64,000 nucleotides of DNA. It comes from a virus (taxonomy: Duplodnaviria > Caudoviricetes). This document shows, piece by piece, positions 54,628-64,000 of the stretch. Made by a program: the position numbers and the translations under genes. Numbering within the stretch: the first letter of the stretch is position 1; each line of letters begins with the position of its first letter. Under the pieces are notes generated by a model. It searched no databases. It was not told where the DNA came from and saw only the letters and a list, made by a program, of their open reading frames with translations. The DNA lies in IMG/VR virus record IMGVR_UViG_2706795618_000001, positions 1 through 64,000 of that record; one strand, given 5' to 3'.

Positions 54628-55608
54628 GTGCGTATCCGCTCCATCAAGCCTGAGTTCTGGCGATCGCAAGACATCAGCGCGTTTGAGGACTGGGGTATCC
54701 GGCTGTTGTTCATCGGCCTGTGGTCGTACGTGGACGACAACGGGGTGGGGCTCGACCGGGTGGCGCTGATCGCTGCCGACCTGTTCGCCGACGACCTGGA
54801 GCGAGACCCTAGCGAGACGTTCGCGAAAGTCTCGCGAGGGTTGCAGCAACTTGCCGAAGCAAAACGCATCGAGCGGTACACGTTCGAGGACAAGTCGTAT
54901 CTGTTCGTAAACGGGTGGGCAGACCACCAACGGATCGACCACCCAAACGCACCGCGTTATCCGCTGCCTGACGGGACGATTGCCCATCCGACCAGCGAAA
55001 AGCCCACCCGTTCGCGAGCTTCCACGAAAGCCTCGCGAAAGCCTCGCGAGAAACTCGCGCCTGGAACAGGGGAACAGAGGAACAGGGGAACAGGGGAACA
55101 GGAAAGCGCTTCGCGCAGCGCGCGCGCGAGCAGCCGACCCAAGACGTTCACCGAGATGGCAACCGGCAAGCGCGAGACACCACCACCCCCAGCCCCGGCT
55201 GAGATTCCCCACGGCGTACCCGCGACGAGGGCGGCCGACATCGTGCGCGAGGAGCTGCCCCGCAACCGGTACCAGCCCGCCACCCTGACGGGGCTGAGGC
55301 TGGCCGTCGGTCAGCTGCTGGCCGAAGGCAACGACGAACAGGTGATCCGGCAGGCGGTGCGGCTGTGGGACGCCCGGCCCGACGGTGGCACCGGCCTGCT
55401 GCCGCACCTGATGGCTGAAGCGGCCAAGTCGATGAACCCCGACACCCACAACGCGGGGCCGCGCAAGCCAACCCGCCACCAAGAGAAGACCGCGACGGCC
55501 GCCGCGCTGTTCGTGGAGCTGGGCGACGACCCGAACGCCGCCAAAGCACCCACCCCAACCCTCACCACCACCACCGACCGGAAGGAGCTGCCGTGCAGCA
55601 GCAACTGA
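54628..55608 (+). CDS. Replication initiator (O-like)
   Basis: MRIRSIKPEFW..., RLLFIGLWSY.DD.G, HQRI; internal direct repeats; GAGGAGG RBS. Confidence 0.8.
   Translation: MRIRSIKPEFWRSQDISAFEDWGIRLLFIGLWSYVDDNGVGLDRVALIAADLFADDLERDPSETFAKVSRGLQQLAEAKRIERYTFEDKSYLFVNGWADHQRIDHPNAPRYPLPDGTIAHPTSEKPTRSRASTKASRKPREKLAPGTGEQRNRGTGEQESASRSARASSRPKTFTEMATGKRETPPPPAPAEIPHGVPATRAADIVREELPRNRYQPATLTGLRLAVGQLLAEGNDEQVIRQAVRLWDARPDGGTGLLPHLMAEAAKSMNPDTHNAGPRKPTRHQEKTATAAALFVELGDDPNAAKAPTPTLTTTTDRKELPCSSN
55011..55102. repeat. Iteron-like direct repeats inside the initiator gene
   Basis: GGAACAG(G/A) x5 at 55063-55102; GAAAGCCTCGC x2 at 55026-55047. Confidence 0.7.
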
Positions 55609-56150
55609 CGTACCCCCAGGTGGCGACCGCCGTCTATCAGGCGTGTGCCAACTATGACCAGTACCTGCCCGAAGCGTCCAAGCCGGTGATGCTCGCGTGG
55701 GCCAAGGTGTTTGAGCGCTACCGGCTGACGGTCGAGGATCTGTTGGCCGCGGTGGACAAGCTGTACGCCGAGCACGGCAACGGGTGGAAGCCCCTGCCGG
55801 GTGACATCGCCCAAACGGCCCGCGCGCTGCGTACGGAGCGCGCGGACAGCCAGGTGACGGTGACGCCCGCGTTGACCGGCGCGGAGGAGCAGCGCGCAGC
55901 AGCGGCCCGGCTGGAGGCCATGAAGGCGTTGGCCGCGGAGAAAGCGCTGGAGTCGGCAGAACCCGCTGCAGCGTCGCCTGCCGGATCGAACCCCTACTCC
56001 GCGGTCAACCCCCTGTCGGTGTCGTGCGATCACTGCAGGGCAGCCATCGGGGCACCGTGCATGGTCGCTGGCACCAACCAGCGACTGACCAAGACGCCAT
56101 ACCACGACAGCCGGGTGCAGAAGGCCAAGGCCCAGGCGGTGCCAGCGTGA
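55593..56150 (+). CDS. Probable helicase loader/inhibitor, with C-terminal Zn finger
   Basis: Follows the initiator; AW..VF, AVDKLY, PLPGDI; CDHC..GAPC...HDSR. Confidence 0.55.
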   Translation: MQQQLTYPQVATAVYQACANYDQYLPEASKPVMLAWAKVFERYRLTVEDLLAAVDKLYAEHGNGWKPLPGDIAQTARALRTERADSQVTVTPALTGAEEQRAAAARLEAMKALAAEKALESAEPAAASPAGSNPYSAVNPLSVSCDHCRAAIGAPCMVAGTNQRLTKTPYHDSRVQKAKAQAVPA

Positions 56151-56536
56151 TGGCCGACGACCTGACCGACGCCCAGATCGCCGACACCATCGCGGCGATG
56201 GACGCGCGGTGGAACGGCCAGCCCGTCCGCTGCCAGTGCCCCGGCGACCCCCACGGCGGCAACGGGTGCAGGCAGCCGGCCACCGTCATCGCGGTGCGCC
56301 ACCTGGTGCACCAGTGCAACGGCCCGGAGTCCAACGACAACGGCGACGTGGTGGAGCTGCTGTGCCTGCAGTGCGCCCGGGATCTGTGGATCAGCGCCAT
56401 TGGTGCCGCTGCTCGGCTACGCGCCGCCGCGGCCCGTGTTGGCGGCCACCCGATCTGCTGCACCTGCCAGTCCCCGATGTCGCGGCCCTCCGACATCGTG
56501 CGGTCGGTCAAGCGTGACGACCGGGGCGTCCGGTGA
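56147..56536 (+). CDS. Cys-rich hypothetical protein
   Basis: CQC...C, CLQC, CCTC; GTGA overlaps. Confidence 0.6.
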   Translation: MMADDLTDAQIADTIAAMDARWNGQPVRCQCPGDPHGGNGCRQPATVIAVRHLVHQCNGPESNDNGDVVELLCLQCARDLWISAIGAAARLRAAAARVGGHPICCTCQSPMSRPSDIVRSVKRDDRGVR

Positions 56537-56817
56537 CGGGCCGGGAGTGGACGGCCGAACAGCTGGCCAAGTGGCGAATCCGCAAGGCCGACAAGGACGA
56601 GCAGCCCCCGTGGGTGCGGAAGCGGATCAACCCCGACAGCAGCACGTTCGGGGGCGCGGCGCTGCATCCGCTGCCACCGGCCCCGCCGTGGTGGGTGTAC
56701 GCCCCGGGCCAGACCGACCCATCGGGCTGCTGGTCCACCCACAAGGCGGCCGTCGAGCAGGTATCGGATGCCATCTGCAACCGGCTGGTCGAGCCCTACC
56801 GGAAGGACGACGAGTGA
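56533..56817 (+). CDS. Hypothetical protein
   Basis: GTGA overlaps. Confidence 0.55.
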   Translation: MTGREWTAEQLAKWRIRKADKDEQPPWVRKRINPDSSTFGGAALHPLPPAPPWWVYAPGQTDPSGCWSTHKAAVEQVSDAICNRLVEPYRKDDE

Positions 56818-57383
56818 TCATCACCGGGATTGACCCGTCACTGACATCAGCCGGCATCGCCAACTTCAACAACGGCCGGGTCAGCGGGCTGACTTCCGTT
56901 GGCCGCAAGGGACACGACAGCGAGAGCTACGACGACCGGTCAGACCGGATCGACTACCAGTCGCAGCTGGTGGTGTCGAAGGTGTCGCGCGGCTGCGACC
57001 TGGTGATGATCGAAGGCCCCGCGTATGAGGCCGACTACGGCAGCCAGTTCGATCGAGCGGCGTTGTGGCACTTCATCTATCGCCGGTTGAGGATCGCCCG
57101 TGTCCCCGTCGTGGTGGTGCCGCCCAAGGTGGCCAAGAAGTTCGCCACCGACAACGGCAACGCCAGCAAGGAGCTGATGCGCGACCACGCGCGCCGGGTG
57201 TGGCACGACCTGCGTATCAGGAACGCCGACGAGGCCGACGCGCTGTGGATCGGGGCCTACGGGGTGGCCGAGGTGGGCGACTGGCTGCCTTTCCACCTGG
57301 AAGATCACCAGCTAACGGTGATGAGAAAGAACCGCCTGGTTCCAAATCGGTTGAAGCACAACGTAAAACAAGGAGGTAGGTAG
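56814..57383 (+). CDS. RuvC-like Holliday junction resolvase
   Basis: ITGIDPSLTSAG, VMIEGPAY, KKFATDNGNASK, DEADA. Confidence 0.88.
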   Translation: MIITGIDPSLTSAGIANFNNGRVSGLTSVGRKGHDSESYDDRSDRIDYQSQLVVSKVSRGCDLVMIEGPAYEADYGSQFDRAALWHFIYRRLRIARVPVVVVPPKVAKKFATDNGNASKELMRDHARRVWHDLRIRNADEADALWIGAYGVAEVGDWLPFHLEDHQLTVMRKNRLVPNRLKHNVKQGGR

Positions 57384-57655
57384 TGATGGTAGGAACGGTC
57401 GGCAATCTCAATGCCAAGCACATCGGGATGATGGTCAAGTTCCGGTGGCGCTTCCCCGGGTGCAACGTGATTGCCGACATCGCGGGGGAGCTGCGGGAGG
57501 TGCACCACCACCCCGAGGGAACGTCGGTGTGGTTGGCAGGGCCTGATTCCCAGGGGATCAAGAAGGAATTCACCGTCGGCCACGACATCGCGGTGGCGGT
57601 GTTCGCGCTGGACGGCCAACCAGCCGACGAGCTCCCGGCAACGGGGGTGGAGTGA
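57383..57655 (+). CDS. Hypothetical protein
   Basis: GGAGG RBS; TAGTG overlap. Confidence 0.6.
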   Translation: MMVGTVGNLNAKHIGMMVKFRWRFPGCNVIADIAGELREVHHHPEGTSVWLAGPDSQGIKKEFTVGHDIAVAVFALDGQPADELPATGVE

Positions 57656-58302
57656 TGTCCACCGTGTGGTTCACCTCCGACCTGCATATCGGCCACGGGC
57701 TGGCCGCCGCCGCACGCGGGTACCGGTGCTGCGCCGGCCAGGATGGCTGCCCGTCGTGCGTTGCGGCCCACGACGACGAGCTGGCCAGCGCCTGGGACGC
57801 CGTGGTGCACACCAGCGACCAGGTGTGGGTGATGGGAGACGTATCGGTCGGCGGCCGCGAGGAGCTGGCCTACGCGCTGAACTGGATCGCTGACCGGCCC
57901 GGCGAGAAGCACCTGGTGCCGGGCAACCACGACCCGATTCACCCGATGTACCGCGACAGCCACACGTGGCATTCGGCCTACCGGCAGGTGTTCGCGTCGG
58001 TCCAGCCGTTCGCGCGCCGCAAGGTCGGCGGCCGTGACGTTCTGTTGTCCCACTTCCCGTACGAGGGCGACAGCGGGCCCACCGACCGGCACGTGGAGTA
58101 CCGGCTCCGCGACCACGGGCTGCCGATCCTCCACGGCCACACCCACCGGCCGTGGCGCGCCACCACCTCCACCCCGATCTACCGCGTGGACGAGGGGGCG
58201 TCGGTGCCGCCCAACCAGTTCCACGTCGGAGTGGACGCCTGGGATCTGTGGCCCGTCCACATTGACGAAGTGGCCGACCTGATGCGCGAGGTGGGGTGGT
58301 GA
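57652..58302 (+). CDS. Calcineurin-like metallophosphoesterase
   Basis: FTSDLHIGH, MGDV, PGNHD, SHFP, HGHTH. Confidence 0.92.
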   Translation: MMSTVWFTSDLHIGHGLAAAARGYRCCAGQDGCPSCVAAHDDELASAWDAVVHTSDQVWVMGDVSVGGREELAYALNWIADRPGEKHLVPGNHDPIHPMYRDSHTWHSAYRQVFASVQPFARRKVGGRDVLLSHFPYEGDSGPTDRHVEYRLRDHGLPILHGHTHRPWRATTSTPIYRVDEGASVPPNQFHVGVDAWDLWPVHIDEVADLMREVGW

Positions 58303-58915
58303 ACCTCCACGAGTCCGACGCCCAGGGGCCGGTGACCAACCACCGACCCCGCCATGAGCGGCCCGAGTGGGCGTCCGACTACAACCTGCGGGCGCTGTTG
58401 CCCAAGACGGTGTTCTGGAACCGTCGCCGCTGGTGGAGGGTGGGGGACGACGGACTGCACCAGCTGATCGTGCCTATGGGCCACGACGACATCATGCACG
58501 GCGTCTACAACGGCGGCCCAGAGCGCAAGGTGGCGGCCGCGCGGACGTGTGGGTGCTACATCTGCCGCGACCTGCTGGAGCAGTGGGGGCCGACGGGCTG
58601 TGGGCACCACCCGGTGGCTGGTCAACCGCGCCGACCGCCACGTGTGATGGCCCATGCGGCAAGGCGTTCCGGTGGTTCCAGCTGACGATGGTGTGCGAAC
58701 GCGCATGGACCGACGACCAGCGGCCCTACTACCGCACCCGGTCGCTGTGCCCGCAGTGCTTCTGGAGCCGACCGACGCCGCCACCGCCAGGCGGGTGGCT
58801 GGCCAACATGGTGGCACGCCTGTGGCTGCCGGGGGACGAGCTGCCCGACGAGCCCATCGTGGAGCTGGACCCCGCGTTCGTTGACATCGGCCACGTCAGC
58901 GAGGACCAGCCGTGA
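58296..58915 (+). other. Coding region of uncertain structure (overlapping ORFs 58296..58685 and 58367..58915)
   Basis: First part of one ORF and last part of the other both look protein-like; two genes or a frameshift. Confidence 0.35.
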
Positions 58916-59781
58916 TCAACGTGGGGCCGGATCAGCCGAGCGGCAAGGTGTTCCGGCCACTGACGCCGTGGGAGCAGCGGGAGCGCGCAAAGCTACGGCT
59001 GGTCCGCGATGGGGACAGCGAGCCGCGCACCAACGGCCGACCACCACCGCCCCCGCTGAACTGGGACGCGGCCAACGAGTTCGACCGGAGCCTGCTTGCC
59101 CACCTGGCCGCGTTGCGGGCCAACGGGATCGTCGGGACCAACGAGGTGCGCGAGCTCGCTCGGCCAGTGGTGCTGCCCCCGGGGGTGCAGTACCGCCGAG
59201 TGATGGTGGCCAAGCCGGCACAGGCCGAGTGGCGTGCCGAGGGTGAGGAGCTGCCGGTCAGGCAGCTTGAGACGCTGCTGTTTTCGTGGCGCGACCGCTA
59301 CACCAACCGGCCCGTGGTGGAGCCGTGGATGACGTTGCACATGGGCGCGCCACTGGAATCGCCCGCTGACTTGCCGGTCAACCTGCGGCCCGACGAGGCG
59401 GGCAAGTACTGGGTGTTCGGCCGGGAGGTCTACCTGTGGACCGGTGGGCGCTACGCCGCCGTCACGCTTCCCCCGCTGGACCCCACACCCCCGCCGGCCA
59501 AGGTGCTGACGACCGAGCGGCCCCTGAGTGAGGAGGCGCGCCGGGAGGTGGAGCACGTGTGGAGCGGGGAAATGGTTGCGGCCCTGCAACCGCCACCACC
59601 ACCGAGATTCCGCAACAGCCGCCACTACCAGCAACGCGACCTGGCGGCCATCGGGAGCTGCCCGAGGTGCGGCGAAATCGACGTGCATTGGCTGCGGCCA
59701 CCCGACCTGCCGCATCCCGAGCCGGTGCCCGCAGTGATCAGAGAGTGCCGCGCGTGCGGCCAGGAATGGGGTGAGAAGTGA
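58912..59781 (+). CDS. Hypothetical protein with C-terminal CPRC...C..C
   Basis: GTGA overlaps; CPRCG...ECRACG. Confidence 0.6.
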   Translation: MINVGPDQPSGKVFRPLTPWEQRERAKLRLVRDGDSEPRTNGRPPPPPLNWDAANEFDRSLLAHLAALRANGIVGTNEVRELARPVVLPPGVQYRRVMVAKPAQAEWRAEGEELPVRQLETLLFSWRDRYTNRPVVEPWMTLHMGAPLESPADLPVNLRPDEAGKYWVFGREVYLWTGGRYAAVTLPPLDPTPPPAKVLTTERPLSEEARREVEHVWSGEMVAALQPPPPPRFRNSRHYQQRDLAAIGSCPRCGEIDVHWLRPPDLPHPEPVPAVIRECRACGQEWGEK

Positions 59782-60242
59782 CAACTAGCAGTGTGATTCG
59801 ACTGACAGCCGGGGACGGACTGGTGTGGCTGGAACGGCCCGGTGGACGCAAGGGGCCGTTGGCGTTCGACACCACCTGGAGCGCCAAAGACTGGATGCGA
59901 CTTCACAGGTGCAACTGGACGCTAGAACCCGGCGACGTGTTGTCGTTCCCTCACGAGTTCGACCAGGCGGTGGTGGAGGTGGATGTCAACGCGCCGCGGC
60001 TGTGGTCGCCGTGGGAGCAGACCATCGCCCGTCACTTCCCGGCATACCCCATCACCTTCGGGTCGGTGTCGGTGCATTTCCTTGTGCGGCAACCCTGCCC
60101 GACGTGCGGGACCAACGCGCTGCACGACGCCGAGATGGCCGACATGAAGGGCCAGGACGGCGCGCTGCATCTGCTGGCCAGACGGTATGTGCTGCGGACC
60201 TGCATCACCTGCGACGACAGCTGGGAACAGGAGTCGATGTGA
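59778..60242 (+). CDS. Hypothetical protein with Zn ribbon
   Basis: CPTCG...CITC; GTGA overlaps. Confidence 0.6.
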   Translation: MTTSSVIRLTAGDGLVWLERPGGRKGPLAFDTTWSAKDWMRLHRCNWTLEPGDVLSFPHEFDQAVVEVDVNAPRLWSPWEQTIARHFPAYPITFGSVSVHFLVRQPCPTCGTNALHDAEMADMKGQDGALHLLARRYVLRTCITCDDSWEQESM

Positions 60243-60613
60243 GCCCCAAGCGAGTTCAGCGGACCCGCAACACCACCCCGGGGATGCTGCCCGGAGCGGT
60301 GTACGTAGGCCGCCCCACCAAGTGGGGCAACCCGTGGCGCATCACGCCCGAGACCAACCACGCGATGCCGTTCGGTCGCGGGGCCGTGGTCCACCACATC
60401 ACCGAGGACGCGATTCTCGGTCACTTCGCGGCCGCCGATGCCGCCCACTGGGCCGTTCAGGCGTACCGGCGTGACCTGACGGACGAGCTGGTGGCCGCCG
60501 CCCGCGCCGAGCTACGCGGCCGCGACCTGGCCTGCTGGTGCCGACTCGACCAGCCGTGCCACGGCGACGTGCTGCTGGCCATCGCCAATGATCTGGAGGG
60601 ACAACATGTCTGA
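60239..60613 (+). CDS. DUF4326 family protein
   Basis: AVYVGRPTKWGNPW, ELRGRDLACWC.LDQPCHGDVL. Confidence 0.9.
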   Translation: MSPKRVQRTRNTTPGMLPGAVYVGRPTKWGNPWRITPETNHAMPFGRGAVVHHITEDAILGHFAAADAAHWAVQAYRRDLTDELVAAARAELRGRDLACWCRLDQPCHGDVLLAIANDLEGQHV

Positions 60614-61649
60614 CCCCGACAACCACCGCTGCCGGTCGGGTGAGAACTGCGTCAACGCCGACACCAAGGAGACCGACGCCGACGGCCGCACCATCCGGCG
60701 CGGCGCGCTGGTGGTGGACGGCCCGCTGTGCGGTGGGTGCAACTACCGGCTACAGCGAGCCGTCGGCTACATGGCCAAGGACTGGCTACGGCTGCGCGCC
60801 CACCTGGGCCAGACGGCATCGGCCGACCTCAACGACCGCGTGGGTGGAACCCGTGAGCCCGCAATCCCGCTCAACACCCAGGTGGAGGCGCTGATGTCGC
60901 GGTTGGTGGAGCTGGCCGAACGCGCCACCGCGATGGTGGGCAAGCCCACCGACCGGTCGCGCGGACGCAGCGACCAGCGCGACGCCCAGGCCATTGACCA
61001 GGCGGTACAGAACCTGTTGCCCCGCATCGACAAACTGCTGGCCGCCCCCGCCACCGACACGCTGGTGTGGTCACGCATCCCCACGGGCGACGACGAATGG
61101 AACCCCACCGGTCAGCTGGGCCAGCCGCGCGTGGTGGCCAAGGTGTCGGGGCTCGACGTGGCGGCCGACATCGTGAAGGCCAGCCGACGGGTCGGCCAGC
61201 TGCTGGGCAAGGACCGGCTACGCCACCACTACGCGATGCCATGCCCCGCGATGGACAAACGCGGCCGGTACTGCGGGGCAATGACGGTGGGCCGAGACGA
61301 CGGCCAGGCGCGGGTCAACTGCTCGACCTGCGGGGCGTCGTGGACCGAAGCCGAATACGACTTTCTGTCCGGCCTGGTGCTGGACGAGATCCAACTACGA
61401 GAGGAGAACGACATGCTGCGCTACCTGCTGGCCGAGGCATACTGGCGGCTCGACAGCCTGCAAATCCGTTCGGACGCACTGACGGCCGAATGGGACAACC
61501 TGGTGCAGACCATCCAGGACAACCCCGCCCAGGCGGTGGAAATCGTCAACGTGATCCGTCAGGCGCTGTCGGGGGTTCTGACCGACGGTGCCGAACCGCA
61601 CCAGCGGCCAGAAGATCGCGTCACCGCCGCACCCAAGGCCAAGCGATGA
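60606..61649 (+). CDS. Hypothetical protein with Zn-finger elements
   Basis: GGAGGG RBS; CGGC, CP...CG...CSTCG; type often found near the right end of actinophage genomes. Confidence 0.65.
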   Translation: MSDPDNHRCRSGENCVNADTKETDADGRTIRRGALVVDGPLCGGCNYRLQRAVGYMAKDWLRLRAHLGQTASADLNDRVGGTREPAIPLNTQVEALMSRLVELAERATAMVGKPTDRSRGRSDQRDAQAIDQAVQNLLPRIDKLLAAPATDTLVWSRIPTGDDEWNPTGQLGQPRVVAKVSGLDVAADIVKASRRVGQLLGKDRLRHHYAMPCPAMDKRGRYCGAMTVGRDDGQARVNCSTCGASWTEAEYDFLSGLVLDEIQLREENDMLRYLLAEAYWRLDSLQIRSDALTAEWDNLVQTIQDNPAQAVEIVNVIRQALSGVLTDGAEPHQRPEDRVTAAPKAKR

Positions 61650-61966
61650 CCCACCAGGCTGACATCGCCGCAATCCTCGCGGCCCATCAATTCCACTGGG
61701 GCAGAGGTGGAACCACATGCCGGGGCAGCGGGTGCGACTGGCGTGGCGGTTACCGACCCGCGCACGAACGGCACGTCGCCGAGCTGATCGACGCCGCGCT
61801 GCATCCACGCATCGAGACCTTGGACCAGCTGGCCGAATACGTGGACCAGCACGGCCACGAAATCGTCGTGCTCGACGCCAACGGCAACGCATGGCAAGGC
61901 GTCTACGACATGAGCCCCGACGACCTCACCGCCCGCGTGCTCTACACCCCGGGGGCCGGCCGGTGA
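61646..61966 (+). CDS. Hypothetical protein
   Basis: ATGA overlap; CRGSGCDW...HERHVAE. Confidence 0.6.
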   Translation: MTHQADIAAILAAHQFHWGRGGTTCRGSGCDWRGGYRPAHERHVAELIDAALHPRIETLDQLAEYVDQHGHEIVVLDANGNAWQGVYDMSPDDLTARVLYTPGAGR

Positions 61967-62160
61967 TGGAGACCCAGGGGTGGACCGCGCTGCTGGCCCG
62001 GCTGACGGGCAAGTACGGGGCCGCTTGGTGGGCGATGGCCTACGCCAACAACCCGTTCTGGCGGTCGTGGCGCGAGCAGCAGCCACACAACATGCAGCCC
62101 ATCGAGATGGAGGCGTGCCAGCACGTGCTCGACAACTGGCCGCTGGAGGACAACCGATGA
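61966..62160 (+). CDS. Hypothetical protein
   Basis: TGATG overlap. Confidence 0.5.
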   Translation: METQGWTALLARLTGKYGAAWWAMAYANNPFWRSWREQQPHNMQPIEMEACQHVLDNWPLEDNR

Positions 62161-62378
62161 GCGACAACACGTTCCAGGCCCGCTACCCCGGAGTGTGCGG
62201 CAACTGCGGTGAGCGGTTCCCGGAGGGAACGGACATCCGCGCCAGCGAGCACGACGGCTGGGTCCACGCCCCAACGTGTCCCGTCCCCGACGGGGAGGAC
62301 GAACCCGATCTATCGACCGAAGGGCACGGCCACCTGTGCCCGTACTGCAACACCTACCACCGAGGGGAGTGCTGGTAA
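62157..62378 (+). CDS. Small Cys/His protein
   Basis: F.ARY.G.C..CGE.F, WVH..C, CPYC..YH.GEC. Confidence 0.65.
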   Translation: MSDNTFQARYPGVCGNCGERFPEGTDIRASEHDGWVHAPTCPVPDGEDEPDLSTEGHGHLCPYCNTYHRGECW

Positions 62379-62647
62379 TGCGGCCCACCAACATCGGGAT
62401 CGTCCGCGACGGCAAGCCGGTGCCGCTGGAGCTGACGCCGATGACCGACCCACCCGACGACGGGCTGGAGCACTGGTCATCGGCCACCGACCTACAGACC
62501 GGCGACAACCTGAAGATCGAGCATCTGACTTCCGGTGTGGCCATTCACTTCCCGGGGTGCGTGGTGGTGCGGCCACCCGACGGCGGCGCGGTCTACCTGA
62601 TCGGCCAACCCGGAACGATCAACGAGGTAAAGGACAGCGAATCGTGA
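62378..62647 (+). CDS. Hypothetical protein
   Basis: TAATG overlap. Confidence 0.55.
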   Translation: MRPTNIGIVRDGKPVPLELTPMTDPPDDGLEHWSSATDLQTGDNLKIEHLTSGVAIHFPGCVVVRPPDGGAVYLIGQPGTINEVKDSES

Positions 62648-62991
62648 ACCACCAACACAAGTTCCGTCCGGGGGTGGCGGGTAAAACGGCCGCCGTGGAC
62701 CTGCTGTATCAGCATTGCCGCCGGGTCAAGGGGCGCGGCTGGCTGTACCACGGCCAACACCACCTCGACGTGGTGTCGCTGACGGTCGATGACATCCGCG
62801 ATTCGTTGCGGCCCAAGGCGGGCCGGCCGATCCTGCTGCGGTCAGTGATCAGCAACGTCAGGGTGTTTGGGCTCGTCCCGGGCTCTGACGACACCCCACG
62901 GGCAACGCTGACCATCGAGCACGGCGAACCGGTGTTGTCGCTGGCGGTGCTGACAGGCCCCAGCGAGCTGCCGCCGGGAGCGGACCAGTGA
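62644..62991 (+). CDS. Hypothetical protein
   Basis: GTGA overlaps. Confidence 0.55.
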   Translation: MNHQHKFRPGVAGKTAAVDLLYQHCRRVKGRGWLYHGQHHLDVVSLTVDDIRDSLRPKAGRPILLRSVISNVRVFGLVPGSDDTPRATLTIEHGEPVLSLAVLTGPSELPPGADQ

Positions 62992-63407
62992 CGGCCGCCG
63001 TCGTGGCAACGCTGATCGCCTTGTCACCAGCCGTCACCAGCAGCAATGGACTCCAACCTGATACCCAACTGGTAGTGGACTACGTTCGGGCCCACTACCC
63101 CGAGGTCGGCCAGATCGGCACCGTACGGGCCGACGCTCTCCCCGACCACCCCACGGGCCACGCGGCCGACGTGATGATCCCCGGGTGGGACACCCCCGAA
63201 GGTAAGGCGCTGGGCGACCGGATCGCCGACGACGTGCTGGCCCACGCGGCGCAGCTGGGGGTCAAGTACGTCATCTGGCAGCAGACCTACCGGACGCCCG
63301 ACGGTGCGGCCCAACGGATGCCGAGCCGCGGCAATCCCAACGCCAACCACTACACCCACGTGCACGTCACCACCTGGGGCAACCGGGGAACGGGGGTCGA
63401 GGAATGA
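62988..63407 (+). CDS. Putative secreted LAS-type Zn peptidase (ARB_07466-like)
   Basis: Signal-like N-terminus; DHPTGHAADVM (H-x6-D), VKYVIWQQ, NHYTHVHV. Confidence 0.7.
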   Translation: MTAAVVATLIALSPAVTSSNGLQPDTQLVVDYVRAHYPEVGQIGTVRADALPDHPTGHAADVMIPGWDTPEGKALGDRIADDVLAHAAQLGVKYVIWQQTYRTPDGAAQRMPSRGNPNANHYTHVHVTTWGNRGTGVEE

Positions 63408-63940
63408 TGCCGATCCCACACCACCCGGCCAATTGCCCCGGGTGCCTCAACGCCCAACCGCCAGCCGCCAGGAGCGACGGCGCGTGGCGCATCGGAGAAC
63501 GCTGGAGCCCGTTCTACCTGTTGCCCAACGACTTCCGCTGGTGGCGTAGCCCGATGCGGTCGGCCGACATCGTGGAGTACCAGATCACCGACGACCAGGC
63601 GGCGGTGCTGCTGACGGTCGTGCTCGACGGCATCACCCGCGTGCCAATCCGGGCCGACGAGGTCGCGCGTGCCCGCGTGATCACCCAGGACCGCGTGCCC
63701 ACCGGCCTGTACGCCGACCGGATGATCGCCACCACCCACGTGGTGGTGGACGTGTTGACCAACCTGCCGCCGGCCCGGCTGTTGCCGTGGCGACCCCTGA
63801 CGGACCCCGGGGACTTCGACCCGCCACCCGACCGGCGACGGCGCTACGACGCCGGGCCGCCACCGCACAACGTGGAGGAACGGTCCACGTGGCTGCCACC
63901 CGACTCGCTGGCGCTCGACCGTCTGAGGTACGGCGTCTGA
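63404..63940 (+). CDS. Hypothetical protein
   Basis: GAGG RBS; ATGA overlap. Confidence 0.55.
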   Translation: MMPIPHHPANCPGCLNAQPPAARSDGAWRIGERWSPFYLLPNDFRWWRSPMRSADIVEYQITDDQAAVLLTVVLDGITRVPIRADEVARARVITQDRVPTGLYADRMIATTHVVVDVLTNLPPARLLPWRPLTDPGDFDPPPDRRRRYDAGPPPHNVEERSTWLPPDSLALDRLRYGV

Positions 63941-64000
63941 TGGGATTCCACATTTTCGGTACCAAACACCTACAGCCACAACCGAGTTCAGAGGAGACAC

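Noticed and set aside
1-64000. QueC, QueF or Gat-QueC gene, or a preQ1 riboswitch
   Set aside because: No PP-loop SGGxDS motif or riboswitch-like element recognised in any frame; a gene beyond the window cannot be excluded

Overview
This window is most of the genome of a temperate, GC-rich siphovirus with mycobacteriophage-like genes, in its free (attP-containing) form; a further gene appears to start just past the right edge. Left to right it holds: a ParB-like gene and a 7-deazaguanine DNA-modification cluster (DpdA-like transglycosylase, an extra QueD-like paralog, QueD, QueE, FolE, no recognisable QueC); terminase, HK97-type head and tail genes with a -1 frameshifted tail chaperone; a lysis cassette split into four genes; a tRNA(CAT); six promoter-gene-terminator cassettes; an integrase and repressor with attP inside the repressor gene; and a right arm of recombination, replication and small accessory genes. 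Three signals stand out. (1) The GH19 glycosidase, NlpC/P60 peptidase, LysB esterase and a non-catalytic partner share a short terminal W-x-x-[VI]-L-D-Y-L-x-G peptide that is conserved at protein level, suggesting a lysis complex assembled through a docking tag. (2) The six cassettes share a SigA-like promoter, five with an operator-like box, and a 5' leader hairpin with a compensatory base change. (3) The deazaguanine pathway has a second T-fold-like gene instead of QueC, predicting a base other than preQ0. All family assignments are from motif recognition by eye; no searches were run, and many start codons were re-chosen from overlaps and RBS position.
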